Assembly (NCBI GenBank): GCA_965217865.1
Contig: CBDCJO010000002.1
Span: 2,784,001 to 2,848,000 of the forward strand
Reading direction: 5' to 3'
DNA: 64,000 bases
Source of the DNA: Candidatus Latescibacterota bacterium
GTDB lineage: Bacteria; Latescibacterota; UBA2968; SICM01
The notes under the pieces are model-generated. The model worked only from the letters and a program-made list of their open reading frames with translations. It had not been told where the DNA came from and searched no databases. The position numbers and the translations under genes were made by a program. Positions 45,200 to 57,055 of the stretch are shown here, one piece after another; the stretch's first letter is position 1; every line of letters begins with the position of its first letter.

Positions 45200-48100
45200 A
45201 TGCAACGTTCTATCCGTTCTAAGATGCTCCTGTTTATTATCTCCCCGATCGCGGTGATCTACCTGGCACTCGTCATATTCAGCCTGTCCAAAATGCGTCA
45301 GTGGACCATCCGGGAGCTCGAAAGGCGGATGACCCAATTGGCGTCTCATTACGCTGACCATTTCGACAGCTATACCCGGGAGGCCGCTCAGATCGCACGC
45401 TCCACTGGCACCTTCATCCAGAACAATCCCAACCTCACAGGTGAAGGAATCTATAAACAACTCCGCTCCAATCTCAACCAGAACCCGTTCGTATACGGCG
45501 CAGCAATGGCCTTTGAGCCGTTTCAATTCGACCCCCAACGCCGTTTGTTCTGTCCTTACGTCTACCGGGGGGCCGACGGTCTGGAGCAGATGGACATCGG
45601 TTCCGAGGCCTACGACTATACCGATCCGCAGTGGGAATGGTGGGACAGGCCCCGCAGGAAGGGCGCAGCCCTCTGGACCGACCCGTACTTCGACGAAGGG
45701 GCGGGCAATATTCTCATGTCCACATATTCCGTGCCCTTCTCCCGCAACTCCGATTTCTGGGGCATAACTACCATCGATATCGCCTTGAAGCCGCTCCGAG
45801 AACTGGTGGATGCAGAAATCGCGAAAGACCTCGATTTCATCATCATCAATCGAACGGGCCGTTACGTGTACCATCCCGACCCCAAGCATATTCTCAAATC
45901 CTCCATCTTTGACATGACGGAAGGCGAGATAAAACAGGAGGATCTTGCAAGCCTGGGGGGGCTGATGATCGCGGGCAAGACCGGCATGATGACGATAAGG
46001 ACTAGGTCGGGTGAACCGATCTGGAGTTTTTACGCGCCGATCACGTCTACGGGATGGAGCTTCGCCACCCATATTGCGGAACAGGAGGCCCTTGTGGGGG
46101 TGCGTGAGCAGTTATACAGAATTCTTGGGGTCCTGGGGCTTTCCCTGGCGATGATCGTCGCCGCCATATGGTTTGTGTCCGGCCGAATCACCCGACCGAT
46201 CGCCAGACTGAACGAAGCGGCCCTCGAGATCGCCGGCGGAAACCTGGGCACCAGGGTCAGGGTGGAAAGCAACGATGAGATAGGGGCTCTTGCCGGTTCA
46301 TTCAGCAGTATGGCGGGTCAGCTTAAGGAATCTTTCGATACCCTGGAGGAGCGCTTCAGGACGTTGGTGTCTCAAATCAGCGGGGTGGTTTATCGCTGTG
46401 CCAATGACGAAAACTGGACAGTGGAGTTGATCAGCGACGGAATCGAATCCTTAAGCGGTTATCCGGCATCCGATTTCGTTGGAAATCACGTGCGAAGCCT
46501 TGCGAGCATTATCCATCCGGATGATAACAGTGAAATCGGAAAACAAGTCGATAAAGCCTTGCTCGAACGGCGTCCTTTCGACATTGAGTACAGAGTCCTC
46601 CACCGGGATGGATCCATTCGGTGGGCCTATGAAAAAGGATCGGGAATTTTCGACGACAATGGTGCCCTGCAATACCTCACAGGCGTGATTACCGACATCA
46701 CCTATCGGAAGCAGGCCGAAGAAGCGTTAAAATCCGCAAAAGAAGCGGCCGAGAATTCAGCGCGGGAAGCCGATGCCGCGAATCAGTCAAAGAGCGTATT
46801 TCTGGCCAATATGAGTCACGCGATCCGGACTCCCATGAACGCCATCCTCGGATTTTCAGAGATCCTGAGGGGGCTGATCACAGATCCGCAGCAAAAAGAA
46901 TATCTATCGTCTGTCCAGTCCAGCGGAAAATCCCTGCTCAGTCTGATCAACGATATCCTGGACCTCTCCAAAGTGGAAGCCGGAAAGCTGGAGCTCGAAT
47001 ATTCCGCCGTCAACCCCCAGAGTGTATTTAAGGAAATGGAGCAGATATTCTCGCAGAAATTGCTGAGAAAGAATTGGAATTCCGCGTCGAAATCGATCCG
47101 GGCCTCCCCCCCGCCCTGGTACTGGATGAGGTGCGGCTGCGCCAGGTTCTGTTGAATCTGATTGGAAATGCCGTCAAATTTACGGACTCGGGATATGTAA
47201 AGCTCTCTGCCCACAACCGTTATCCGGAGAAGGATCAAAGCACGCTGGACTTGATCCTTTCGGTTGAAGACACCGGAATGGGGATACCCGAGGATCAGAA
47301 GGAATCCATCTTCGGGGCCTTCGAACAGCAGAAGGGACAAAGTTATAACCAGTTCGGAGGCACCGGTTTGGGTCTGGCCATCACCAGGAGGCTGATCGAG
47401 ATGATGGACGGGGAGGTCACCGTCACGAGCGATGTGGGAAAAGGAAGCACGTTCCACGTCACCCTCAAGGGTGTGGCCGTGGCTTCGATATCGGATCTGG
47501 AATCCCAGGGGGAACAGGCCATCGACGTCGATGCCGTCACGTTCGAGCACGCAACAATTCTGCTCAGCGACGATGTCGAGGTCAACCGAAATCTCGTTAG
47601 AGCTTACCTGGAGCAGTACGATCTCGCCTTCATCGAAGCCGCAAACGGCCGGGAGGCCGTGGAATTCACGAAACGTGATCGTCCCGATATGGTCCTGATG
47701 GACATGAAAATGCCTGTGTTGAACGGATATGATGCAACCCAGATGATCAAATCCGACGAGGAGACCAGGTCCATTCCGGTCGTTGCCCTGACGGCCTCGG
47801 CCATGGAGGTGGATGCTGAAGAGATCAAAGCGATTTGTGACGGATATCTCCGGAAGCCGGTGAGCAAGGTAGCTTTGGTGGCCGAGCTGGCTCGCTTCCT
47901 GAAGCATTCCATAGAAGGTCCTTCTTCCGAAGATCTCCGGCCAACACAAGAGGAATGGCAGGAGGCGTGGTCTCCCGAAACTCTGGATCCCAAAACTCTG
48001 GAAAGGTTTCCCGACCTGATCCGGATCCTTGAGAGTCGAAGAGATACCTGGGTATCCCTTCGCGAGACCCTGACCATCAACGAGATTGAAGACTTCGCAA

Positions 48101-48279
48101 TTCAGATGGAGAAAACAGGTGCGGATTTCGGTTATCCTCCCCTTAAAGCGTGGGGAAGACAGCTGAGATAGCAATCGGGAATGTTTGACATGGATGCGAT
48201 GTCGAAGACCCTCGAAGGCTATCCTGAACTTATCGAAAATATCCGTTCACTCAACAGTCTGGTGGCCGAAGGGAAATAA
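45200..48279 (+). pseudogene. dCache-HAMP-PAS hybrid histidine kinase, disrupted
   Basis: TM-dCache (WTDPYFDEG)-TM-HAMP-PAS-HisKA; the H-box reads SHAIRTP; frameshift at about 47057 and TAG at 48169. Confidence 0.88.
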
Positions 48280-48286
48280 AATCCCC

Positions 48287-51200
48287 TTGGATAACAACAA
48301 AAGAGATCTCTCTTCTGATCTCCGGAATACTCTCAGGGTGTCTCGGGCTTATCGTCCTGATCGGCTGGTACACGCATTCCGTAACCCTGGTGCAGGTTTT
48401 GCCGGCCTTTGTCCCGATGCAATACAACACAGCCATGGGATTTTTTCTGTACGGCCTGGGTGCTATTGCCCTGGTTTTCGATCGGCGGGGCCTGGCATCG
48501 GTCTGCGGCATAATTGTCGGAGCCGTCGGCCTCCTGACCCTGGTTGAATACATCTTCGGATGGGACCTGGGAATCGATCAGCTTCTGATGGAGCACTATA
48601 TCACGGTAAAAACCTCAAACCCAGGGGTGGGCTTCTGTTATTGACCCAATCCAGTGAACGGATAAGGGAGCTTAAATCATCCGGAATCATCGGTTCGATT
48701 ATCGCAGCCCTCGGTTCCGTCGCCCTGTTCGGTTACCTGAGCGGCATGGAAACCACGTACGGATGGGGCCATCTCACACGCATGGCCTTTCACACTTCTG
48801 CCGGTTTCGTATGCATCGGCCTGGGTGTGTTGATCTTTACGTGGCGCAGATTGAGCTCTGGTAAATTCCGGGTCTCAAAATGGCTTGCGGCCCCTGCCTG
48901 CGTCGGATCCGTTACGATTGCGATCGTTCTATGGCAGGCATTGGACGCCCAATCCAGCCTCTCCTCAACGATTTCTGCGGTCGTGTTGCTGGTCGGGCTT
49001 TTTCAGGCATTACTGATAACCTCCCCAGTGTCGTGTCCCGCCAATAAGTTCAAATAGTCGCTTAATCTTTTCGAGGATGGATTCTGCGGTGGCAGTCCAC
49101 ACAAAGGGTTTTGAATTTGAGTTGTAGTGATCGGCGAATTTCTTGATGTTATTGACCAGATCTTTCACGCTACGAAAGGAACCCCGGCGGATTGCCTTTT
49201 GTGTAATGATGTTGAACCAGATCTCGACTTGGTTTAGCCAGGACGCGTAAGTGGGTGTATAGTGGACCTGATATCTTGGCCGGGCTGCAAGCCATTGTTT
49301 GGTTTTAGGGTGCTTGTGCGTGCCATAGTTGTCCAAGACCAGGTGAATATCGAGATCCTCCGGGACGTTTGCCTCGATGTGCTTTAGGAATTGAAGGAAT
49401 TCCTGATGACGGTGTCTCGGTTTACATTGTGTTAACACTTTTCCCGAGGCGATCTCTAGAGCAGCAAACAGCGTCGTTGTCCCGTGTCTGATGTAGTTGT
49501 GAGTTACGCCTTCGACGTAACCCAAACCCAGTGGCAGAATCGGTTGCGTTCGATCTAATGCTTGGACCTGGCTTTTCTCGTCCACACAGAGCACCATAGC
49601 ATTGTCTGGCGGGTTGAGGTAGAGCCCGACAACGTCCCTGACCTTCTCTACAAAGAAGGGATCGTTTGAGAGTCTGAAGTGTTTCTGTCGATGAGGTTGA
49701 AGTCCGAAGGCTTTCCAGACTCGCTGAACGGTGGACTTGGAGAGCCCAGTCTCAGCTCCGATGGACCGACAGGTCCAGTGAGTTGCATGCCTTGGCTTTG
49801 TCTTCAAGGTTTTGCCAATGAGCCTGGCAATCTTCTGGTCGGAGATTGAACGTGGACCTCCAGGACGCATCTCGTCGTAAAGCCCCATCAGCCCTTGAGC
49901 ACAATAACGATTACGCCATTTCCCAATCGTGGCATAGGACAGTCCCAGCTTCTGGCCTATCTGTAGATTCGTGAGTCCGATATCACTCATCAGTATGATC
50001 TTCGCACGGCGCACCAAAGAATGCGGTAAGATCCGCGAACCAGATATCGCCTTCAATTCACTTCGGACTTCATCACTAAGGTTCAATGGCTGCAATGGAC
50101 GTCCCATTTTCATCGGTTCCTCCTTGGATAAGGGCATAAGGAACCATAAGACGAATCCATTACTTTGTCAAGTTATTCCTGGGACATAACACTAGTCTAT
50201 TACGTCCAAACTACAAAAATAAATCAGGAAAATTTACAGCTGGAGATTCAAGAGCGGATGCGCGCTGAGGAAGAATTAAAAAAGCACCGGGAACACCTTG
50301 AAGAGCTTATCCGGGAGCGGACCATCGAACTGCAATCCGCCAAAGCCGAGGCTGAGACGGCCAACCAGACCATAAGTGAATTTCTGGCCAACATGTCCCA
50401 CGAGATTCGCACGCCGATGAACGCCATCCTCGGATTCACGGAGATCTTGGGTGGACTGGTGGAGAATCCCCAGCAGAAGGAGTACCTCTCTTCGATCCAG
50501 TCCAGCGGCAAATCTCTCCTCAGTCTGATCAACGACATCTTAGATCTGTCAAAGGTGGAGGCCGGAAAACTTGAGCTTGATTACACCGCGGTGGACACCA
50601 GGGTCGTGTTCCAGGAGATGGAGCAGATCTTTTCCCAGAAGATCGCTCAGAAAGGCTTTGAGTTTATATTGGATATCGATCCGGACCTCCCCCCCTTGAT
50701 ACTGGACGAGACAAGGTTGAGGCAGATTCTGTTCAACCTTGTGGGCAATGCCGTGAAGTTCACCGACGATGGGTATATCAAGCTTTCTGTTCGCACAGAG
50801 GTTCCGGAAAGGGACCACAAGACGATGGATCTTCTCTTTGAAGTGGCCGACACGGGCATCGGGATTCCGGAAGATCAGCAGGACAAGATCTTCGGGGCTT
50901 TCGAGCAGAAGAAGGGGCAGAGCCACGCGAAGTACGGCGGAACGGGGCTGGGGCTGGCCATTACAAAGCGGCTGATCGAGATGATGAACGGCGATGTCTA
51001 CGTTACAGGAGATTTGGGAAAAGGGAGCACCTTCCACGTGACCCTCAGAGGGTTGACAATTGCCTCGGAAACAGATCTGGCTTCCAGGGACAGACCGGCT
51101 ATTGATGTGGATGCGGTGACATTCGCCCGCGCGTCGATTCTGGTCGTTGACGACATCGAGGTGAACCGAAATCTCGTAAGGGGATATTTGGAACAGTAAG

Positions 51201-51844
51201 ATTTTAATCTCCTTGAGGCCGCGAACGGGCAGGAGGCCGTGGAGGCTGCCGGGGCGCAGCGTCCGGACCTGATCCTGATGGATATCAAGATGCCGGTGAT
51301 GGATGGGTACGAGGCCACCCAACTGATCAAAGCGGATGAAGAGACTAAGAATATCCCGATTATCGCGCTGACCGCATCGGCCATGAAACAGGCGGAGGAC
51401 GATATATCGAAAATATGCGAAGGCTTCCTGAAGAAGCCGGTGGGGAAAGCCGAATTGGTGTCGAAACTCACCGAGTTTCTCGAATCCGATGTTGCTCAGC
51501 GTGAAGCTCCGGAGTTGACAACTGCTACTGAAAGCGATATCGAAGTTACTGAGGAAGCTGTCTTTGATTCAGAAACACTGGAAAAACTACCCGAACTCCT
51601 CGACCGGCTGGAATCTGAGAACGGGCGTTGTGAAGAACTGCTTCAGACGATGACGATCAACGAGGTCGAAGAATTCGCGGATCATATTGGCGGTTTGGCA
51701 AAACAGTTCGGCTATCGCCCACTCGCAAAATGGGCTGAGGGCCTTGGAACGCAGGCATCCATGTTCGACTTGGATGCGATGAAGACAACGCTTGAAAGCT
51801 ACACCGACTTAATCGACGGGATCAGGTCCGTTGCAGCGACCTGA
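48287..51844 (+). pseudogene. Multi-TM hybrid histidine kinase interrupted by IS630
   Basis: TM sensor (PMQYNTA, DLGIDQLL, TRMAFHT) ..LLITS | IS | LVYYVQ..; HisKA-HATPase-REC; TAA at 51197 where paralogs have Tyr. Confidence 0.85.
49026..50194 (-). mobile_element. IS630-family insertion sequence
   Basis: Transposase with HTH, CVDEKSQ, YIRHGTTTLFAAL, LDNYGTHK and SWLNQVEIWF; IRs AGTGTCGTGTCCC..AATAAGTT / AAGTTATT..GGGACATAACACT; CTAG/CCAG flanks. Confidence 0.95.
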
Positions 51845-51859
51845 AAAAGGAAGCAAAAG

Positions 51860-52930
51860 ATGAAGATGTTCATGTGTGCGTTCTGGATCGCTGTCTTTAT
51901 TTCGTCTCCTCTCCAGGTGTGGGCACAGGAAAACTGGTACCCCTTCCCTGTTGAGGTTTGGGATCCTCCGTTCGACATGGACAGCCCGCGAAGGAGCACG
52001 GACTATGTGCCGCTCGAGAAGGCATCGAAGAATTGGGACTTGCACGTCTTTTTTCCACATATGAAGGACGTGTATTGGCTCGCCGTGAACTACGGGATCG
52101 CCTCGGAAGCCAGGCGCCTTGGCGTTCGGATGACATTGCTTCACGCCGGAGGCTACGATAACCTGGCCGTGCAGATCCGCCAGATCCGCGAGAGCATCAA
52201 ATTGAAACCCGATGGGATGATCATCGCTTCGATCTCGCACACGGGACTGGACAGCATCATTGCCGAGATCAGGGACGCCGGAATTCCGGTTATCGACGCG
52301 ATCAACGGAGTATCCTCGCGCCGGGTTTCCGCAAAGTCATTGGTCCCGTACGGAGACATGGGATATCTGGCCGGAAAATATCTGGCTCAGCGCCATCCTA
52401 AGGGAAACAAGCGGGTCCGTGTGGCATGGTTTCCGGGACCTCCGATTGCCGGATGGGTTCAGGAGGCAGACAGGGGCTTCAAGAGAGGCGTCTCTGAGGG
52501 TTCGATCGAGGTTGTCGCCACCCGCTTCGGCGACACCGGTAAGGCGGTACAGCGGAGACTCATAGAAGAGGTGCTCGACCGGTTTCCGGATATCGACTAC
52601 CTTGTTGGGACCTCCGTCGGGGCCGAGGCGGCCCCGCGGATCCTGCGAAAGCGCGGGCTGAGGGGGAAAGTCGGTATCCTTTCCTACTACTTGTCTCCGG
52701 GTGTCCTGAGGGGGATCAAGCGTGGGCAGATCATGGGCGCGCCTGTCGACCCCGCCGTGATTCAGGGTAAAATCGCAGTCGACCAGCTCGTCCGAATCCT
52801 TGAACGGAAAAATTATGAGAAACACGTCGGCCCCAGGATCCAGATTATCGACCGAACCAATCTTGACGCGTTCGACAGCAGCTCCTCTTTGGCCCCCAGC
52901 GGGTTTCGGCCGATCTATACCGTGAATTGA
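51860..52930 (+). CDS. torT: TorT-like periplasmic binding protein
   Basis: Signal peptide; ASKNW..FPHMKDVYWLAVNYG..AGGY; PGP..GW; GDTGKAVQ. Confidence 0.8.
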   Translation: MKMFMCAFWIAVFISSPLQVWAQENWYPFPVEVWDPPFDMDSPRRSTDYVPLEKASKNWDLHVFFPHMKDVYWLAVNYGIASEARRLGVRMTLLHAGGYDNLAVQIRQIRESIKLKPDGMIIASISHTGLDSIIAEIRDAGIPVIDAINGVSSRRVSAKSLVPYGDMGYLAGKYLAQRHPKGNKRVRVAWFPGPPIAGWVQEADRGFKRGVSEGSIEVVATRFGDTGKAVQRRLIEEVLDRFPDIDYLVGTSVGAEAAPRILRKRGLRGKVGILSYYLSPGVLRGIKRGQIMGAPVDPAVIQGKIAVDQLVRILERKNYEKHVGPRIQIIDRTNLDAFDSSSSLAPSGFRPIYTVN

Positions 52931-52943
52931 GGAACCACGCAGC

Positions 52944-55424
52944 ATGAAAACACGCGAATTCACGAAGGCGACCTTCTTCTTTGCCATGTTGGTTCTGAGA
53001 CTCGCCGCGATCACTTACAGCGGCGCCCGGATGCGCGCCCAGGCAAAGAAAGCTTGGCTGAATCAGGCCAGTCAGGATGTCGCCCGCATCACCGACACCG
53101 GGCAGTTCTGGCTATCCCTGATCCACACCCAACTGCGGGGTGTCGGCTCCACCTTCTACAGCTCCAGCGCGGTGACACAGGAAGAGCTCTTTTATGCCCT
53201 CGAGGTCGTGGAGGCCACCGAGTCCGCCATTCCCGTATCCGAGCTTGCTTTCGTAGTACCTACAAACGATGGCCGGTTTCAGGTCACGCTCAGCACAGAC
53301 GCCGCAGGACCGCTAGCAACCGGATCCGATCTCGCGGGACATCAGGCCTTTCGACAGGCTGTCACGAAGGCGATGAACCAGGTGGACAACGTGATCATGG
53401 GCCCCGCCTTTGAGGACCCCTCAGGTCGTGTATACTCACTGTTCGCCTTTGCGGCCCCTAACGAAGGTGTAGACGGCGCGCTGGTCACCATGGTTGATTT
53501 GAGCGCTATAATTGACGGCCTCTACGCCTTATACATCCCCGAAGGGGTGCGGTTGCGCCTGGTCGAGAAATACGAATCAATGGGCACGACGGAAAAGGGC
53601 AGGACGATCATCGGAGGGACGTCGCCCTCCTCCGAGACAGTCCATACTTTCAAGATCGTCTCATACAGCGGCCATTCCCTCTGGGATGTTTATTGGGACA
53701 TTTTGCCCTCTTATTCGGGGGGGCCGGCCACACAGCTGGCCAACGTCGTACAGTTCGGAGGTACCGTACTCCTCTTACTGGTATTCTGTGTGGTCGGCCT
53801 CCTCACCAGGCAAAACACCAGGGTCAGCCGGTTGGTAAGCGAACGCACCGCCGAGCTTCAAGCGAGTTCGGGAAAGCTGGCCGAGACCCTGGGGAACTCG
53901 GAGGAACTGAGGAGGGAAGCCGATAGAGCGAGAGAGGACGCAGAAGCCGCAAACCGTGCCAAGAGCAAGTTTCTGACAAATATTTCCCACGAGATCCGGA
54001 CCCCGATGAACGCGATCCTGGGGTTTGCCGAGATCTTAAGCGGCCAGATCGATAATCAAGCCCATAAGGCGTACCTGTCTTCGATCCAATCCAGTGGTAA
54101 AACGCTCCTGTCCCTGCTCAACGACATCCTGGATCTTTCCCGAGTGGAAGCAGGCAGACTCGAGCTTGAGTATGGACTGGTGGATGTGAGCAGGCTTTTC
54201 AATGAATCGGATGGACGATTTTCCCATGGCGCTGTGGAAAAGGGGCTGAACTTCAGGATGGAGATCGACCCCGAGCTGCCCCACGCGCTGCTCCTGGACG
54301 GGAGGCGACTGCGGCAGATTCTCGTCAACCTGGTGAGCAATGCGATCAAGTTCACGGATTCGGGACACGTATCGGTGTCTGTCAGATCCCCTCGATCGGG
54401 GAACGACAAGGTTGACCTGATCTTTGACGTCAGGGATACCGAAATCGGCGTTCCTAAAGAGCAGCAGGAGTCGATATTCGGGACGTTCGAACAGCGGGAT
54501 GGCCAAAGCGTCAACAAATACGGGGGCACGGGCCTTGGGCTGGCCATGACGAAACACCTTGTGGAATTGATGAAAGGGGAGATCTCGGTTAGAAGTGAGG
54601 TGGATGTGGGGAGCACATTCACGGTTGTGCTGAGGGGTGTGGAGGTCGCCTCATCGGATGATCAGGAGGGCCAGCCGGGAGCGGTTGTCGAACCCGATTC
54701 CGTCAGGTTTGAGCCCGCGACGATCCTTGTTGCAGACGACGTTGTGGACAACCGCGCGATTGTGAAGGGTTATTTGTCCACCTACGGTTTTGATATACTT
54801 GAAGCCTCGAACGGGGCGGAGGCGATCGAAGTGGTTAAGCAGCGCCGGCCGGACCTCGTTCTGATGGACATCCAGATGCCCGTTATGGACGGATACAAAG
54901 CGACGCATATCATTAAGGCTGATTCTGCGATGAAGGATCTGCCCATTGTGGCGTTGACCGCCTCGGTTGCGCGCGAGAAAGAGGAGGAGATCGAGTGGAT
55001 CTGTGACGGATTTTTGAAAAAACCGATCGAGAAGTCGGAACTGGTGAGGGCGATCGCGGGATTCCTGCCATACAGCGTTGTGGAACCCTCGGTTGAGGAA
55101 CAGATCGAACGGGAGGACGAAGATGCGGCAGAGGCGCAGGAGCTGGATCCGACGACGATCGCAAGACTGCCGGAGCTGGTCGACTACATGGAGGAGCAGA
55201 AAGGGACGTGGGATGCGTTGCGTACCACCCTCACCATCAACGAAGTCGAGGAATTTTCGGATCAGATGAAGGCAAAAGGAGAGGAATACGGGTATCCCCC
55301 CCTGGCGGCATGGGGGAAGCGCCTTGGGAACCAGGTCGCGATGTTCGATATGGACGCCATGTTGAAAACGCTGGAAGAGTTTCCGGAAATCATCGAGGGT
55401 GCCCAATCCCTTGCGCACGTATAG
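52944..55424 (+). CDS. CHASE-like hybrid histidine kinase (open frame but G1 box reads DTEIG)
   Basis: TM-periplasmic-TM, NISHEIRTP, NLVSNAIKFT, GGTGLGL, REC and the shared helical tail. Confidence 0.85.
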   Translation: MKTREFTKATFFFAMLVLRLAAITYSGARMRAQAKKAWLNQASQDVARITDTGQFWLSLIHTQLRGVGSTFYSSSAVTQEELFYALEVVEATESAIPVSELAFVVPTNDGRFQVTLSTDAAGPLATGSDLAGHQAFRQAVTKAMNQVDNVIMGPAFEDPSGRVYSLFAFAAPNEGVDGALVTMVDLSAIIDGLYALYIPEGVRLRLVEKYESMGTTEKGRTIIGGTSPSSETVHTFKIVSYSGHSLWDVYWDILPSYSGGPATQLANVVQFGGTVLLLLVFCVVGLLTRQNTRVSRLVSERTAELQASSGKLAETLGNSEELRREADRAREDAEAANRAKSKFLTNISHEIRTPMNAILGFAEILSGQIDNQAHKAYLSSIQSSGKTLLSLLNDILDLSRVEAGRLELEYGLVDVSRLFNESDGRFSHGAVEKGLNFRMEIDPELPHALLLDGRRLRQILVNLVSNAIKFTDSGHVSVSVRSPRSGNDKVDLIFDVRDTEIGVPKEQQESIFGTFEQRDGQSVNKYGGTGLGLAMTKHLVELMKGEISVRSEVDVGSTFTVVLRGVEVASSDDQEGQPGAVVEPDSVRFEPATILVADDVVDNRAIVKGYLSTYGFDILEASNGAEAIEVVKQRRPDLVLMDIQMPVMDGYKATHIIKADSAMKDLPIVALTASVAREKEEEIEWICDGFLKKPIEKSELVRAIAGFLPYSVVEPSVEEQIEREDEDAAEAQELDPTTIARLPELVDYMEEQKGTWDALRTTLTINEVEEFSDQMKAKGEEYGYPPLAAWGKRLGNQVAMFDMDAMLKTLEEFPEIIEGAQSLAHV

Positions 55425-55459
55425 ACCGTTGTGTCTATCTCCAAAGTCGGACGAATAGG

Positions 55460-55660
55460 AACCATAAGTCGATTTGAGAATCTGAGGTTAGGACAAAGCT
55501 TCCTGTTTATCGGGATGCTCTCCGTTTCCATCTCAGGCTGGCAGAGTTATTAACGGGCGAAGTCCGCGCTTGAAGAGACCATGGATAACCAGTTGACGGT
55601 TATCTGCGAAATCAAAAACCGGCAGATCGAATCCTGCTTCCAGACCTGGGATCATCGATG
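55460..55660 (+). pseudogene. N-terminal relic of a Cache-domain receptor or kinase
   Basis: ..FLFIGMLSVSISGWQSY*RAKSALEE..NQLTVICEIKNRQIESCF resembles the TM1 plus Cache N-helix; the rest is deleted. Confidence 0.5.
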
Positions 55661-55711
55661 AAATCCGGCCGCTAATAGACGAAACAGCCGGGTTCCAGGA
55701 GAGCGAACGGC

Positions 55712-57055
55712 ATGAATGAAGAGACAGGAAAATCCCGCATTTTGATCGTGGACGATACCCTGAAGAACATCCAGGTCCTCGGGACGATCCTCAGGACAAA
55801 AGGCTATCAGATCAACATCGCGAAGAGCGGTCTGCAGGCCCTCGAAGTGGTCGAAAAGGTCCTTCCCGACCTGATTTTGCTGGACGTGATGATGCCAGAA
55901 CTGGACGGCTTTGAGACGTGCAAACGGCTCAAAGCGTCTGACAAAACCCGGGATATACCGGTCATATTCCTGACCGCAAAGGTAGAGACCGACGATATCG
56001 TCAAAGGCTTTGAACTCGGCGCAGTCGACTACGTGACCAAACCCTTCAATTCGGTCGAATTGTTGAAAAGGGTCGAGTCGCACATGGCCCTCTCCCTGCT
56101 TCAGAGATACCTGGAAACCGGGTTGCCGAAAGGACCGAAGAACTCTACAACGCCAATGTCAAGCTGCAAGAGGAGCACGCGGAACGCATCGAAGCCGAAA
56201 GGCAGTTGGCCCAGGCCAACCGCCTGGAAGCCATCGGGCAGCTGGCGGCAGGCATCGCACACGAGATCAACTCACCCATGCAGTTCATCGGGAACAACAC
56301 GGAGTTCCTCCAACAGGCCTTCAAAGAACTGACCGAGGCCCTGGATCCCTACCAAAAGCTGCTCGAACAGAACAAGAACGATACAATAACAAAAGAATCT
56401 TTGAAAGAAGTGGTCGAGGCCATCGAAGAGGCAGACCTGAGCTACATCCTTGAGCAGATTCCACAGGCTTTGAACCAGGCTCAGGAGGGGGTCGACAGGG
56501 TCAACAAAATCGTGGTGGCCATGAGGGACTTTTCACATCCCGGCACCAAGGATAAAGTCATGGTGGACCTCAACAAAACAGTTGAGAGCGCCACCGTCGT
56601 ATCCCGGAACGAGTGGAAATACGTTGGCCGACCTGGAACTGGATCTCGATCCCTCGCTCCCGGAGGTACCTTGCCTCCCGAGCGAATTCAGTCAGGTTGT
56701 CCTGAACCTGGTCGTCAATGCCGCCCACGCCATCGCCGATGTCGTCGGGGATGGAAAAAAGGGCAAAGGCAAAATCACGGTGACCACCCGCCTGGACGGT
56801 GACGCGGCCGAGGTGAGCGTGCGCGATACGGGAACCGGCATACCCGAAGAGGTGCGGGAAAAGATCTTCGATCCTTTTTTTACGACAAAACAGGTCGGAA
56901 AGGGCACGGGTCAGGGCCTGTCGCTCTCCTACGACGTGATGGTGAACAAGCTGGGCGGGACCATCTCATTCGATACGGAGACGGGTCAGGGCACCACGTT
57001 CACCATACGGATACCCAGGGAGGCCGCGGTGAAAGAGGATGAAAAAAATGACTGA
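55712..57055 (+). pseudogene. REC-NtrB-type histidine kinase with two frameshifts
   Basis: [29 protein letters not shown] and [14 protein letters not shown] spread over three frames (breaks at about 56115 and 56625). Confidence 0.88.
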
